57,002 nucleotides of DNA from a virus (IMGVR_UViG_3300020045_013711:1-57002), one strand, 5' to 3'; counted from the first letter of the stretch, positions 46,291-55,466 are shown. Numbers and translations: made by a program. The notes: generated from the sequence alone by a model not told the origin.

Positions 46291-46899
46291 CTATTTTTTA
46301 GGATTATTTTGTTCTGAAATAGACTTAATTTTTAAATTAACCTGTCTTTTTATCGCTTTGAATTTGGTATAAGTAACTGTATTGTAATCAAAATCATATC
46401 CAAGTATCATTGTATAACCAGCCATAACATCATCAATAGTCAGTTTTTCGTGTTGTACTGAATGTGATTCTTCATTTTCTTCATCTTTTGGTAATTGCGA
46501 CCTTAAAGAATTAATCTTTATTTTAAGCCCTTTTGCGAAGCGTTTTATCATTGAAAGGTCATAGTAGTAGTTTTCGGTGTTATCTGTTCTTAATTTATAA
46601 CGTTTACCACGTAATATTTCAATCAATTCATCATCCATTGCGAACTCCAAACAATCACAAGATCCTAAAACAAATTTATATTCAGTTTCCAACGATTCTA
46701 CATCAATTGTAATTATGAATTCTTTTTTTGATTCTGGAGTACTTTCATATTCTAAATGTTCTTTGAAAAGTTTTTCCCAAATCGGAACCAATATTTCTGG
46801 ATTTGTTTCAGTATCTGACAATAAAGAAAAATCACCTGTTGAAGCGATTTTAAGGAAAGTTTTATAGGGTAATAAATCGAGATAGTTGTATAAAAACAT
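46291..46899 (-). CDS. putative tail assembly protein
   Basis: position upstream of TMP. Confidence 0.55.
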   Translation of the reverse strand: MFLYNYLDLLPYKTFLKIASTGDFSLLSDTETNPEILVPIWEKLFKEHLEYESTPESKKEFIITIDVESLETEYKFVLGSCDCLEFAMDDELIEILRGKRYKLRTDNTENYYYDLSMIKRFAKGLKIKINSLRSQLPKDEENEESHSVQHEKLTIDDVMAGYTMILGYDFDYNTVTYTKFKAIKRQVNLKIKSISEQNNPKK

Positions 46900-47348
46900 T
46901 ATATATCTAATTGGTTACGTATATTTTCTATAAAAAAAGGTAATAGCTTTTCAGTTATTACCTTTTTTAAATTTTCATCAGATAACCCGAATAATTGATC
47001 AGAAAGCCAATCTTCACTACTTAAGATTAAATTGTTTTTTGGGTCTTTTGAACTGAATCTTATAACACCTGAAACAATCTGCATATAAAAACATTTAAAC
47101 CAATCTCCGGTATCAACTCCCGAAAACGGCTCTCCTGCTTTTTTATTACCTCCAGATAGTATTTCAGTAGCTTTTGAATAAAATCCAATTGCGTTTCCAA
47201 AAATATCTTTGCTATCGTTTTGAATTTGATCTTTATTTAAATCTAAAAATTCTTCTTCAATACTCCTTATAAATTTAAACAAATCATCACTCAGCTTAGT
47301 AGGAGTCAGTTTCTTCGCTTTCTTTAATTGAGTGTTGAAATTGGCCAT
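46899..47348 (-). CDS. putative tail completion/neck protein
   Basis: 149 aa; DTGDWF motif; position. Confidence 0.55.
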   Translation of the reverse strand: MANFNTQLKKAKKLTPTKLSDDLFKFIRSIEEEFLDLNKDQIQNDSKDIFGNAIGFYSKATEILSGGNKKAGEPFSGVDTGDWFKCFYMQIVSGVIRFSSKDPKNNLILSSEDWLSDQLFGLSDENLKKVITEKLLPFFIENIRNQLDI

Positions 47349-47511
47349 TGTTTGATGTTGCTATTTTGTAAGCTTTTTTAAATTCTTCTTGCCTTTTTTC
47401 TGGTGGTATGGCTAGGAAAACCCAATTATCGGCAAAGGCTTCCTTGAATTCCCCAAACGACATATTAAAGTCGTTTGGGAATTCTATTTTACCGCCATAA
47501 ATCTTACTCAT
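47296..47511 (-). CDS. hypothetical protein
   Basis: 71 aa, coupled to the tail tube gene. Confidence 0.55.
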   Translation of the reverse strand: MSKIYGGKIEFPNDFNMSFGEFKEAFADNWVFLAIPPEKRQEEFKKAYKIATSNNGQFQHSIKESEETDSY

Positions 47512-48386
47512 TATGTAACAACAATTACTAATGGTTCTGGACTTTCATATGACATATCGCCAACGGTTACAACTCCAACTAATTCAACTGTAAATCCACT
47601 AGCAAATGCAGTTCCTGTAAGTGTATAAACACCATTAGCATCTGGAGCTGTGAATGTCACAATTTGATTTACACCTGAAGCATTTTTAACTACAAAGTCA
47701 GCAAGAACTAAAGTTTCAATTAATTCATCAGTTCCAGCACACCCAACACCAACAGTTAATCTAATAACCGTTGCAGAAGCTGAAACTTGAGTTAAAGTAG
47801 CATCAAAAATACCATATAAATCTGCCGCTCTCCATGTAGGACGGCCAACAAAACCATCATCTTCAAATTCATCAGAATCTAAATAATTGATAGTTACTAA
47901 TGTGCTTGGTGGTCTGTCAGCAGTAGCATCTAAACGTTTTCCAACGGTTAAAGTTACTGATTGACCTGTAACACCTCCATCATCAGTATTTACACCTTTG
48001 ATAGCTCCATCTTCTGTGAATTCAAACAATTTCAATTCAGTATTTCCAAAAGATTTTAATGCAGAATGACTGCATAATCCAAGAATACTTGTGAAAGTTG
48101 TAATTTTTTTACCTTCAGCAGTCAAATATTGACGGCTTCTACCTTCAAAATATGTAGGCTCGGTATTTGCTGTTGTAACTTCTTCTGCATCATAAAGCGG
48201 AAAAAGTTGTTTTGCTGCAACGGCTTCATTCCATTTATCTAAATCCAAAGCATCATCTTTGGAATCAAATTTAAAACCTGGAACAGCAACGGCAGTACGA
48301 ATCATTAGACCCTCAATACATTGGTCTTTTGCTCCTGTATTTTTTTTGTCTTGATTTTTACCTTTGCATTGTACATAAATACTCAT
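47511..48386 (-). CDS. major tail (tube) protein
   Basis: 291 aa, Thr/Val-rich with Ig-like C-terminus; position. Confidence 0.65.
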   Translation of the reverse strand: MSIYVQCKGKNQDKKNTGAKDQCIEGLMIRTAVAVPGFKFDSKDDALDLDKWNEAVAAKQLFPLYDAEEVTTANTEPTYFEGRSRQYLTAEGKKITTFTSILGLCSHSALKSFGNTELKLFEFTEDGAIKGVNTDDGGVTGQSVTLTVGKRLDATADRPPSTLVTINYLDSDEFEDDGFVGRPTWRAADLYGIFDATLTQVSASATVIRLTVGVGCAGTDELIETLVLADFVVKNASGVNQIVTFTAPDANGVYTLTGTAFASGFTVELVGVVTVGDMSYESPEPLVIVVT

Positions 48387-48405
48387 ATGTTCTATTTTTA
48401 TTTAA

Positions 48406-48960
48406 TTAACAATTATTTAATTTGTATTTCATAGTTCCGGTTATAGCGAAAATATGAAATGGATGCATATCATCGGTGGTTATTTTTTCAATATTAAAAC
48501 CTTTAAAAATATTAGGTAATCCTTTTTGAATTCCATCGATAGTAAACATCTTGTTTTTTTTCAATTGACTAATGGCATCAATTTGAGCTTCTGAATCGGC
48601 ACGATGATTAATTGTTTGATAACATTTTTTTAAGTTAACCATAAACACAAACTTACCTTCTGCAAAATAAAATTGTCCTAAATCATCAATAGTATGGTCT
48701 TTGTCAGATTCAATAAAACAAATGGTTGCATTTACTTCATCATTCAAATACAAATCTCTATACTCTCCATCACCAATATAAGCTTCCGGATAAAAACCTG
48801 TAACAATTGGATTCTTTCTAATTCTGCCAAAAACATCTAATGTTGAATCTGGATTAATTCCCTCGGTTTTCCATTTTGTTTTTAAATTATCAAACAAAAC
48901 ACCTTGTGAGTATTGAATTTCTGTATCAATTCCAACTGGTTTATCGATTGTATAATTCAT
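48406..48960 (-). CDS. putative tail terminator/neck protein
   Basis: position between adaptor and tail tube. Confidence 0.55.
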   Translation of the reverse strand: MNYTIDKPVGIDTEIQYSQGVLFDNLKTKWKTEGINPDSTLDVFGRIRKNPIVTGFYPEAYIGDGEYRDLYLNDEVNATICFIESDKDHTIDDLGQFYFAEGKFVFMVNLKKCYQTINHRADSEAQIDAISQLKKNKMFTIDGIQKGLPNIFKGFNIEKITTDDMHPFHIFAITGTMKYKLNNC

Positions 48961-48961
48961 A

Positions 48962-49543
48962 TTACCACGCTTTATTTCCGTTAATTGGAATCAAGAAAGG
49001 AAATAGAACTTCTTTAGCTTTTTTAATAGCGTAGTAACGTTCTCTTTTTATTCCAGAAGCAACCAAAATACCTGCATCAGTTTTCACGCCTTCCAATTCC
49101 ATTTTTAAATTATTGACTGCTAGTTTTGCGTTTCTTTCAACAAGATTTTTCCTTACTGATGAAACAAACAATTCTAAACATTTAACTGCAATTGTGTAAC
49201 CAATTGCATTATCAAAAATATATGGATTTGAAATTATGATATCTGAATAATCAGTTGTTGAAATTGACCTTGAATCCTGATCTATTATTTCAGTCAAAAC
49301 CTCAATTACCGCTTGTTTTTTTATCCCTTGCAAATATTTATTGAAATCTAATTCGGCCATGTTAATTTGACTAACGGCCGAATATAGATTTTCAACTGTC
49401 GCTAGTTGATGGAATGAATTCACGTACCTGCCTGAGTTTGATAATATCACCTCCCCAGATATCGTTATTGCAAAATCAGAATTAATTGGTTCTGCGAATC
49501 CAATTCTATCTACTAGCGACTGTATGCTTTCAGGACTATACAT
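48962..49543 (-). CDS. putative head-tail adaptor
   Basis: position directly after MCP. Confidence 0.55.
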   Translation of the reverse strand: MYSPESIQSLVDRIGFAEPINSDFAITISGEVILSNSGRYVNSFHQLATVENLYSAVSQINMAELDFNKYLQGIKKQAVIEVLTEIIDQDSRSISTTDYSDIIISNPYIFDNAIGYTIAVKCLELFVSSVRKNLVERNAKLAVNNLKMELEGVKTDAGILVASGIKRERYYAIKKAKEVLFPFLIPINGNKAW

Positions 49544-49544
49544 A

Positions 49545-50828
49545 TTATGCTCCTAATACTAATTGACCTTCAAATATCAAAATTTGCTCATCATTAAGCT
49601 TGTTAACTGCTTTTGTGATAGCTGCATCAGTAGATGATGTAGTCAATGTTTGACCTGGTGAAGCTGCATTCAATCCTGTAATTGCGCTTGCTTTAGTATA
49701 GTCAATTCCTTTGTATGTCCAATTTGCATTACCCTCAATTTGTGTACTTGTATCAGCATCTGAAACATCCATCAAATAGATTGAAGTTACATTGTCAAGT
49801 ACTGGTAAAGCTAAAGCCTGAGAAGAAGTAAATTCACGAACAGGATCATTTGTTCCATATTTAGATAATAAAATTAAATCATCTACTTTTTGGTAATCTA
49901 CTTGTTTAACCGGAAATGCTTCTTCAGCTAACGAACCATAAGTCAAAGTACCAACGTTTAAATCAGTCAAGAAACAAACAACATTAGCAGCCCATGGAGT
50001 TGTAACAGCACGTTTACCGTTTTGCTCAACTAACATTTGTCTGTCAATAATTGTAATTTCAACTCCGTAATTAGGTTTTAAAAATTCATTTGCTTTAGCT
50101 ACGTTTGGAACTGTTGGAATTTGAGTACCTACAAAACCAAGTGAAAAAGCGAATTCCTGCTTAACTTGTGTATTAGCTTTGAATAAATTCCAAGTGTTTA
50201 AATCCATAAACAAATATGAAATTTTATCACCATTTACTTTTGCTTTTGCAATAACATGATTGATATCATCAATAGGTGTTGCGTTTGCATCTGTCCAAGG
50301 TAAGCCAACTCCAAATTTATTAGCATCAGGATGACCAAAATCAATCCTAACACCTACTCCTGTTGAATCATCTCCAGTAATTACCGTGAATCCTGTTGAT
50401 AATGCTTCCAAAAACATAAATTCTAATGTTTCGTAAACACCATTAACGCATTTTTTCATATCTGAAAATAAACTTCTAAGAACTTCAGATTCTTTACCGC
50501 CAATAGCGAGCAAAGTTCTTAATTCACTCATAGTTGTTTCGTTAAGATACATTTTCATTCCTAATTTAGGAATATCACCGTTTGCTACTTGTATAGAATC
50601 TCTTCTTTTTAAAGGCAGACTTGAATCCAATGCAACAATATCAGCTCTAACAATTGCGCCATTATTAGAAACAGATCCCCATTTCAACGTAGTCGAAAAG
50701 GTTTTTCTAAGCATGGTTTTATGTAAATATGTCAATGGTGTTTTAGTTCCATTAACAGTTTCTACAATTTTAAGGGCAAAGGACTTAAAGTACTTATCAA
50801 CCCACTGAGGAAATAATGATTTTTCCAT
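49545..50828 (-). CDS. major capsid protein (lambda gpE-like)
   Basis: 427 aa; GDIPKLGMK, EALSTG, IDFG, NDPVREFT, ALPV. Confidence 0.85.
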   Translation of the reverse strand: MEKSLFPQWVDKYFKSFALKIVETVNGTKTPLTYLHKTMLRKTFSTTLKWGSVSNNGAIVRADIVALDSSLPLKRRDSIQVANGDIPKLGMKMYLNETTMSELRTLLAIGGKESEVLRSLFSDMKKCVNGVYETLEFMFLEALSTGFTVITGDDSTGVGVRIDFGHPDANKFGVGLPWTDANATPIDDINHVIAKAKVNGDKISYLFMDLNTWNLFKANTQVKQEFAFSLGFVGTQIPTVPNVAKANEFLKPNYGVEITIIDRQMLVEQNGKRAVTTPWAANVVCFLTDLNVGTLTYGSLAEEAFPVKQVDYQKVDDLILLSKYGTNDPVREFTSSQALALPVLDNVTSIYLMDVSDADTSTQIEGNANWTYKGIDYTKASAITGLNAASPGQTLTTSSTDAAITKAVNKLNDEQILIFEGQLVLGA

Positions 50829-50857
50829 TTCTTTTTAGTGTTTTTTAACGACTTTAA

Positions 50858-51253
50858 TTAGTCTTTTGTGAATAAAATATGAGTAAGAGCGGTTATAGCT
50901 CCAGCAGGAACAGCTGGCAAACCGTACTCTATAATTGCTTGTTTGTTTACATCACCCGATAATAAAACAGACGCAAAAGGTCTTTTTAATAAGATTGTTG
51001 CAATCAAAATACCTTTATAAGTATGACTAGCTGGCAATGCTTCATAAGCACCCGCTGAAATTTTTAAAGGTTTTAATATTCCTGTGGCTGTTTCTTCAAT
51101 GATTACTCGTCCTGCTTTTAGGACTTCATCTGTAACGCCTGTAACATCTAAAGTTTTACCTCCAGGGATATCAATCAAAAGTTTTTTAATGATGATTGAA
51201 TCAAAGGTAGTGTCAACTTGTGTAGCATCGTTGCTTAAATTTGCTGTTGGCAT
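50858..51253 (-). CDS. head decoration protein
   Basis: IPGGKTLD, VLKAGRVI; between scaffold and MCP. Confidence 0.7.
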   Translation of the reverse strand: MPTANLSNDATQVDTTFDSIIIKKLLIDIPGGKTLDVTGVTDEVLKAGRVIIEETATGILKPLKISAGAYEALPASHTYKGILIATILLKRPFASVLLSGDVNKQAIIEYGLPAVPAGAITALTHILFTKD

Positions 51254-51278
51254 CTTTTTTTGTTTTTAATAATTAATA

Positions 51279-51938
51279 TTACATTTGATTTACGATGTCC
51301 TCAACCATTTTTTCATCTACTTTTAATGCTGAACTTCCTGCAGCAGGAGTTGGCCCAGAATAACCAATTGAATCCGCAAATGATTGTGCCATTGTTGTAT
51401 ATTCAGTTTCTAATGCTGTGATTTGATCTTCAATAGAAGTTTCAGATTCTACATTAATTCTGTTTATCCAATTTGGCCTAACATCTTCTTTTAAGGCTTT
51501 AAGTATTTCAGATTTTTCAAATGCCTGTGTTGCAGCCGATCGTTTTGTTTCGATAACTTTCCCTGTTTTTAATGCTTCTAATTCAGCAGCAATTGTTTCA
51601 TTCTGCTTAATTAAAGCCTTTGCCCATGCTGGAGCATCGTCTGGTGCTGGAGCTGGTGGAGTTGGCGGGTTTTGTGGTGCGGGTGCTGGTGGGTCAGTTG
51701 GTTTTGGTTTTTGATTAGCCTCCAATGTTCTCATTCGGTCATCTGTTCTAGCGATTTCCTCAAAAGGATTAAAGTCATTTGCAATTTCTAAAACTGCATC
51801 AATTTCCTCTTCTGTAGCCCCATCAATAGGCTTTGGCGCAAGTTTAGCCGATAATTCGTCTAACCTTTTTTGCGATAAGTTCGCCTTAGGATATTTAACC
51901 TTAAGTCGTGCCTTAATCTGTTCTGCTGTTACTGCCAT
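51279..51938 (-). CDS. capsid scaffolding protein
   Basis: Pro-rich linker, PAWAKAL, coiled coil. Confidence 0.7.
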   Translation of the reverse strand: MAVTAEQIKARLKVKYPKANLSQKRLDELSAKLAPKPIDGATEEEIDAVLEIANDFNPFEEIARTDDRMRTLEANQKPKPTDPPAPAPQNPPTPPAPAPDDAPAWAKALIKQNETIAAELEALKTGKVIETKRSAATQAFEKSEILKALKEDVRPNWINRINVESETSIEDQITALETEYTTMAQSFADSIGYSGPTPAAGSSALKVDEKMVEDIVNQM

Positions 51939-51973
51939 AAAAATTTAAGTTTAAATTGTTGATTTATTAGATA

Positions 51974-52013
51974 CAAATATAGTTATTTTTTGTTATTTAG
52001 AATGAATCTAATT
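51974..52013 (-). promoter_or_regulatory. head-operon promoter TATATTTG with 19-bp box
   Basis: caaatata at 51974; atttagaatgaatctaatt at 51995. Confidence 0.6.
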
Positions 52014-52032
52014 TATTTTAGCAACAAAACAT

Positions 52033-52061
52033 AAAAAAACCACTCAAATATGAGTGGTTTT
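52033..52061 (-). terminator. intrinsic terminator
   Basis: aaaaccactca / tgagtggtttt. Confidence 0.7.
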
Positions 52062-52120
52062 ACATGGAAACATTTTTTAATTACTGTTTCCTTCTCTAAA
52101 GTCTGCTTTCGCTATAGTTG

Positions 52121-52191
52121 CGCAAAAGAAAGGATTCGAACCTCTAACTATGGTTTTGGAGACCATTGTTTTACCATTAAACTACTTATGC
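52121..52191 (-). tRNA. tRNA-Trp (CCA anticodon)
   Basis: GCATAAG/CTTTTGC acceptor (one U-U), D arm GTTT/AAAC, anticodon arm ATGGT-CTCCAAA-ACCAT, T arm AGAGG-TTCGAAT-CCTTT; promoter TATATTTG at 52198-52205. Confidence 0.9.
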
Positions 52192-52333
52192 GTTTTGCAA
52201 ATATATAAATTTTTTTATTCTTTTTTAGGCTCTACTTTGGTTTTATACTCTTTATTCTTTGCACTACTATTTCGTATTTCCTTTGCTAATTTACCACAAT
52301 CCTTTGCGTAATTTGGCGTGTAATTTCCTTTGC

Positions 52334-52663
52334 TCATATAAGTTTTAATTTAGTTGCTAATTTAATGAATAAATTTAAAAAAGATTTATGAAATTTAATT
52401 CTAATATCATTTACTTCGATATGAAGTTTAATCTGAGCATATTCCAATGTGTTTAAATACTCTTTTCCATACAAACTAGCTTTAAGCGATTCAGCATCCA
52501 TTAAAGACAAATTTAAATCAATTAACTCTTGAATATTTATTAAAGCTTCTTTTTGTATTTGTTGGCACAATGTTATTTTTTTAACCGAATGAACTATTTT
52601 CATTTTTGGATTTCTGCATCCGTTGTGAATTTGAATAGACTTGAAATTTTTCGTTTTATCCAT
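52334..52663 (-). CDS. hypothetical protein
   Basis: 109 aa ORF. Confidence 0.5.
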   Translation of the reverse strand: MDKTKNFKSIQIHNGCRNPKMKIVHSVKKITLCQQIQKEALINIQELIDLNLSLMDAESLKASLYGKEYLNTLEYAQIKLHIEVNDIRIKFHKSFLNLFIKLATKLKLI

Positions 52664-52889
52664 GACTTTGGTTTTTTAAAGGTTCTGATAACTCCGTTTT
52701 CATTAATCCATTTGGATTTATTAGGCACCAATACAACTTGTATTTGATATAAAATATTGTCAATTTCAACTTATCCAATTGCTTTACTTGCCGGAACAAC
52801 ATCTTTTGTTTTGTTTTTTTGAATGTATTGACCAATATGATTTACAATTTGCTGGATTGAATAATCCTTTGCTTTTGTTTCTGTTTCCA

Positions 52890-53105
52890 TTATACAACAC
52901 GTTTTTTAAGTTCTTCTAGTATAAATTTAAGATTTGGCATTTTAACGCTGTTAGTAATAGAAATTACTTCATTTACTCTTAATCCATAGACAGAATTAAG
53001 GTTAGTTACTTGAATGAAATTAGCATCGTTTTGTGTTGCTTTTGCTGAAAGTACGTGAATCTTGAAATCACGTGAATTTGGTGTTACTACTGCTATTGTT
53101 TTCAT
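52890..53105 (-). CDS. hypothetical protein
   Basis: 71 aa ORF. Confidence 0.6.
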   Translation of the reverse strand: MKTIAVVTPNSRDFKIHVLSAKATQNDANFIQVTNLNSVYGLRVNEVISITNSVKMPNLKFILEELKKRVV

Positions 53106-53127
53106 GATATTTATATTGTTTTAATTA

Positions 53128-53928
53128 TTATACTGGTAAATTTAGTTTAGATAAAGAAGCTGTTGAAACATGACAATAAATTTCAGTAGTTTTTACATTG
53201 GCATGACCTAGGTGCTGTTGAATGTATCTAAGATCAGTTCCAGCTTCTAATAAAGCCGTTGCGTTTGAATGTCTAAGAATATGCATATGATATTCTTTTC
53301 CAATATATTTCTTTACTAATTGGTTACAGCTAGTTTCGCTATATTGATTTGAAAACTGTCCATTAAATAAATATTCTTTTGGTTGGTATTCAGTAAAATA
53401 AATCCTAAGAAGTTCCAAAACTTTTTGACTTAACGGAACAATTCTGTCTTTATTGCCTTTTGAATTTCTAATAAAAATTATCATGCGTTTGCTGTCAATA
53501 TCAGCTATCAAAAGATTAATTACCTCAGATACTCTCATTCCTGTTGAATAAGTCATTGTGAGCAACGCTTTATGTTTGGTATTGGTTATTTTATCCAATT
53601 GCGATAATAGAAACTCCTTCTCAATTATTTTAGGTAACTTTTTTTCCGACCTAGGATATTTTATATATTTAAACTTCATAGGTTGCTTTACAACCATTTC
53701 ATAAAATAATTTCAAAGCCGAAATACTATGAGCCATTGAGTTCCTTGTCTTGAATTGTAATAACCAATTTTTTATAGCTGTTTCATTTATTTTTGAAGGC
53801 TCAGTAAATTGTTCTTGGTTTCGTAAAAATAAATCTACTTGTGCTGAATAGTTTTTAATAGTATTCTCAGCATAATTTTTTAGAGTTAACTCTTTCCGAT
53901 ACAATTCAAGGTACTTAGGAATATTCAT
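53128..53928 (-). CDS. tyrosine recombinase, candidate cassette integrase (no IntI-specific insertion)
   Basis: N-terminal NYAENTIKNY SAM-like domain; YSTGMRVSE, KGNKDR, HILRHS, LGH, TTEIY catalytic residues intact. Confidence 0.92.
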   Translation of the reverse strand: MNIPKYLELYRKELTLKNYAENTIKNYSAQVDLFLRNQEQFTEPSKINETAIKNWLLQFKTRNSMAHSISALKLFYEMVVKQPMKFKYIKYPRSEKKLPKIIEKEFLLSQLDKITNTKHKALLTMTYSTGMRVSEVINLLIADIDSKRMIIFIRNSKGNKDRIVPLSQKVLELLRIYFTEYQPKEYLFNGQFSNQYSETSCNQLVKKYIGKEYHMHILRHSNATALLEAGTDLRYIQQHLGHANVKTTEIYCHVSTASLSKLNLPV

Positions 53929-53929
53929 G

Positions 53930-53990
53930 GTATTAAGTATTAAGTTTATTGATGTTCACACATTTTTAGCACATATAGTAGTTATAGGCA
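53930..53990 (+). other. attI-like primary recombination site (G/TT at 53981)
   Basis: GTTATAGGCA opens cassette 1 but has no attC palindrome upstream; 53 bp from the integrase ATG; gtattaa-gtattaa direct repeat at 53930. Confidence 0.75.
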
Positions 53991-53999
53991 ATACTACGA

Positions 54000-54704
54000 T
54001 TACCATAACGTGAGTTGATTTTTATAATCGACAAATCTTTTTTCTTGATTTTCAAAATATGTAGGATCAAGTTCTGAAGCAGTAAAATCTAATTTTGCTT
54101 TATCAGCCGATATTCTACTACTTCCTGATCCTAAATGTGTATCAAGTATTTTATCGCCTTCTTTTGCAAAGTTTTTAAATATCCAGTCATATAGCTTTAC
54201 AGGTTTTTGCGTTGGGTGTATTCTTTTTTCTTTGTCTTTCATATCGTGTTGTATCATTCCGTGCCAGGCAATTTTAACCGATTTAATGCTGTTTAATAAA
54301 GAACAGTAAGCAAGTTCGCCATCGCTATAAGTTGGCATTGTGACACATTTGTCCCAATAAATTCTGCCTCCAGATAAAAAGTCAAATGGGTAATAATTTA
54401 AACCCCAAATTATTTGTTGTTTAGATACTCTAAATAATTCATCAAAATATTCTTTGGTCGGTACATCGGCATCCCATTTTTGCTCTCCGTATTTTTTTGA
54501 TTTGGAAGCGCTTTTTTTACTTTGTTTTTTATCTGTACTATTTTTAACGTCAGCATTAATTCCGTAAGGCGGGTCAACTACTGCTAAATCAAAATAGTTA
54601 TCGGGGTATTGCTTCATTAATGCCACACAATCCATTAAATAAACCGTACTGCCTATAACAGTGGTTTGAAGCAAGTGGGCATCGGTCTTTAATTCATTAT
54701 TCAT
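54000..54704 (-). CDS. DNA N6/N4 amino-methyltransferase, beta class (first cassette)
   Basis: DLAVVDPPYG, IHPTQKPVKLY, ILDTHLGSGS. Confidence 0.9.
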   Translation of the reverse strand: MNNELKTDAHLLQTTVIGSTVYLMDCVALMKQYPDNYFDLAVVDPPYGINADVKNSTDKKQSKKSASKSKKYGEQKWDADVPTKEYFDELFRVSKQQIIWGLNYYPFDFLSGGRIYWDKCVTMPTYSDGELAYCSLLNSIKSVKIAWHGMIQHDMKDKEKRIHPTQKPVKLYDWIFKNFAKEGDKILDTHLGSGSSRISADKAKLDFTASELDPTYFENQEKRFVDYKNQLTLW

Positions 54705-54784
54705 TTTGTACTTGGATTAATAGTTTATAATTTAATGTTTGGGGCTTATTTCCCCCACCTGCGTCAAGCCACGAAACGTTATAA
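54653..54784 (+). repeat. attC-like site 1
   Basis: TGCCTATAAC pairs with GTTATAGGCA (53981); arms gtggtttgaagcaagtggg / cccacctgcgtcaagccac; GTT at 54778. Confidence 0.9.
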
Positions 54785-54788
54785 CTCA

Positions 54789-55070
54789 TTATACCACCTG
54801 ACGACTATTCTCTTCATCGACAACTTTTATAATCGGAGTTTCATAAACGTGTAATCCAGTAATCGTATTTCCATCATCTAAGAATGTGATGTTTGTAACG
54901 ACCTGAGTTTTATTTTTGCTTTTCTGAACAACTCCAATCCATTTATGATTTTCGCCATCAAAACTTCCATTATCCATTTCAAAGTTTGCAGTTTTCAAAG
55001 CGTTGGATAAAATTTGTCTTAAATTAGTTTCTTGTAATTGTCCTTCTGAGTTTTTAAAATATAGTTCCAT
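54789..55070 (-). CDS. hypothetical protein (cassette cargo)
   Basis: 93 aa ORF filling the cassette. Confidence 0.7.
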   Translation of the reverse strand: MELYFKNSEGQLQETNLRQILSNALKTANFEMDNGSFDGENHKWIGVVQKSKNKTQVVTNITFLDDGNTITGLHVYETPIIKVVDEENSRQVV

Positions 55071-55082
55071 AAAAATAACGAG

Positions 55083-55214
55083 TTATAACAATGCATTGTA
55101 GCTATTATTGCATTGTTTTTTGATTTATAATTCAGTTTGTATTTGTTATAATTTGTGTTTAATCGAAGCATTGTTTTGTCCTTTCAATAACAGCGACAAT
55201 GCTCAACGTTAGCC
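55083..55214 (+). repeat. attC-like site 2
   Basis: GAGTTATAAC pairs with GTTATAACTC (54778); arms gcattgtagctattattg / caataacagcgacaatgc; GTT at 55208. Confidence 0.9.
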
Positions 55215-55219
55215 GTCAG

Positions 55220-55462
55220 TTAAACAAATGGAGTAATCTGATTTCTTTTAAACCACCAACTTTTAGTGTGAAATTGTTCTTCAGGCATATCTCTATATTT
55301 ATAAACTACAACTTCTATAATAGTTCCTTTTTTAAACAATAATTTTGGTTTTTGATTCCAAGATTTAGGTATGTCTTGATAAATATCTTTGTTTACAATA
55401 TATTTCCCTAAACATCCATATTTTTCACGTTCAGACCATGCGATTTCTTTTGAACTTTCCAT
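55220..55462 (-). CDS. hypothetical protein (cassette cargo)
   Basis: 80 aa ORF. Confidence 0.65.
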   Translation of the reverse strand: MESSKEIAWSEREKYGCLGKYIVNKDIYQDIPKSWNQKPKLLFKKGTIIEVVVYKYRDMPEEQFHTKSWWFKRNQITPFV

Positions 55463-55466
55463 GTTC

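Noticed and set aside
46187-47511. Programmed frameshift in tail chaperone genes
   Set aside because: Homopolymer runs are ubiquitous in this AT-rich genome, and no G/GT-style overlapping pair could be identified with confidence.
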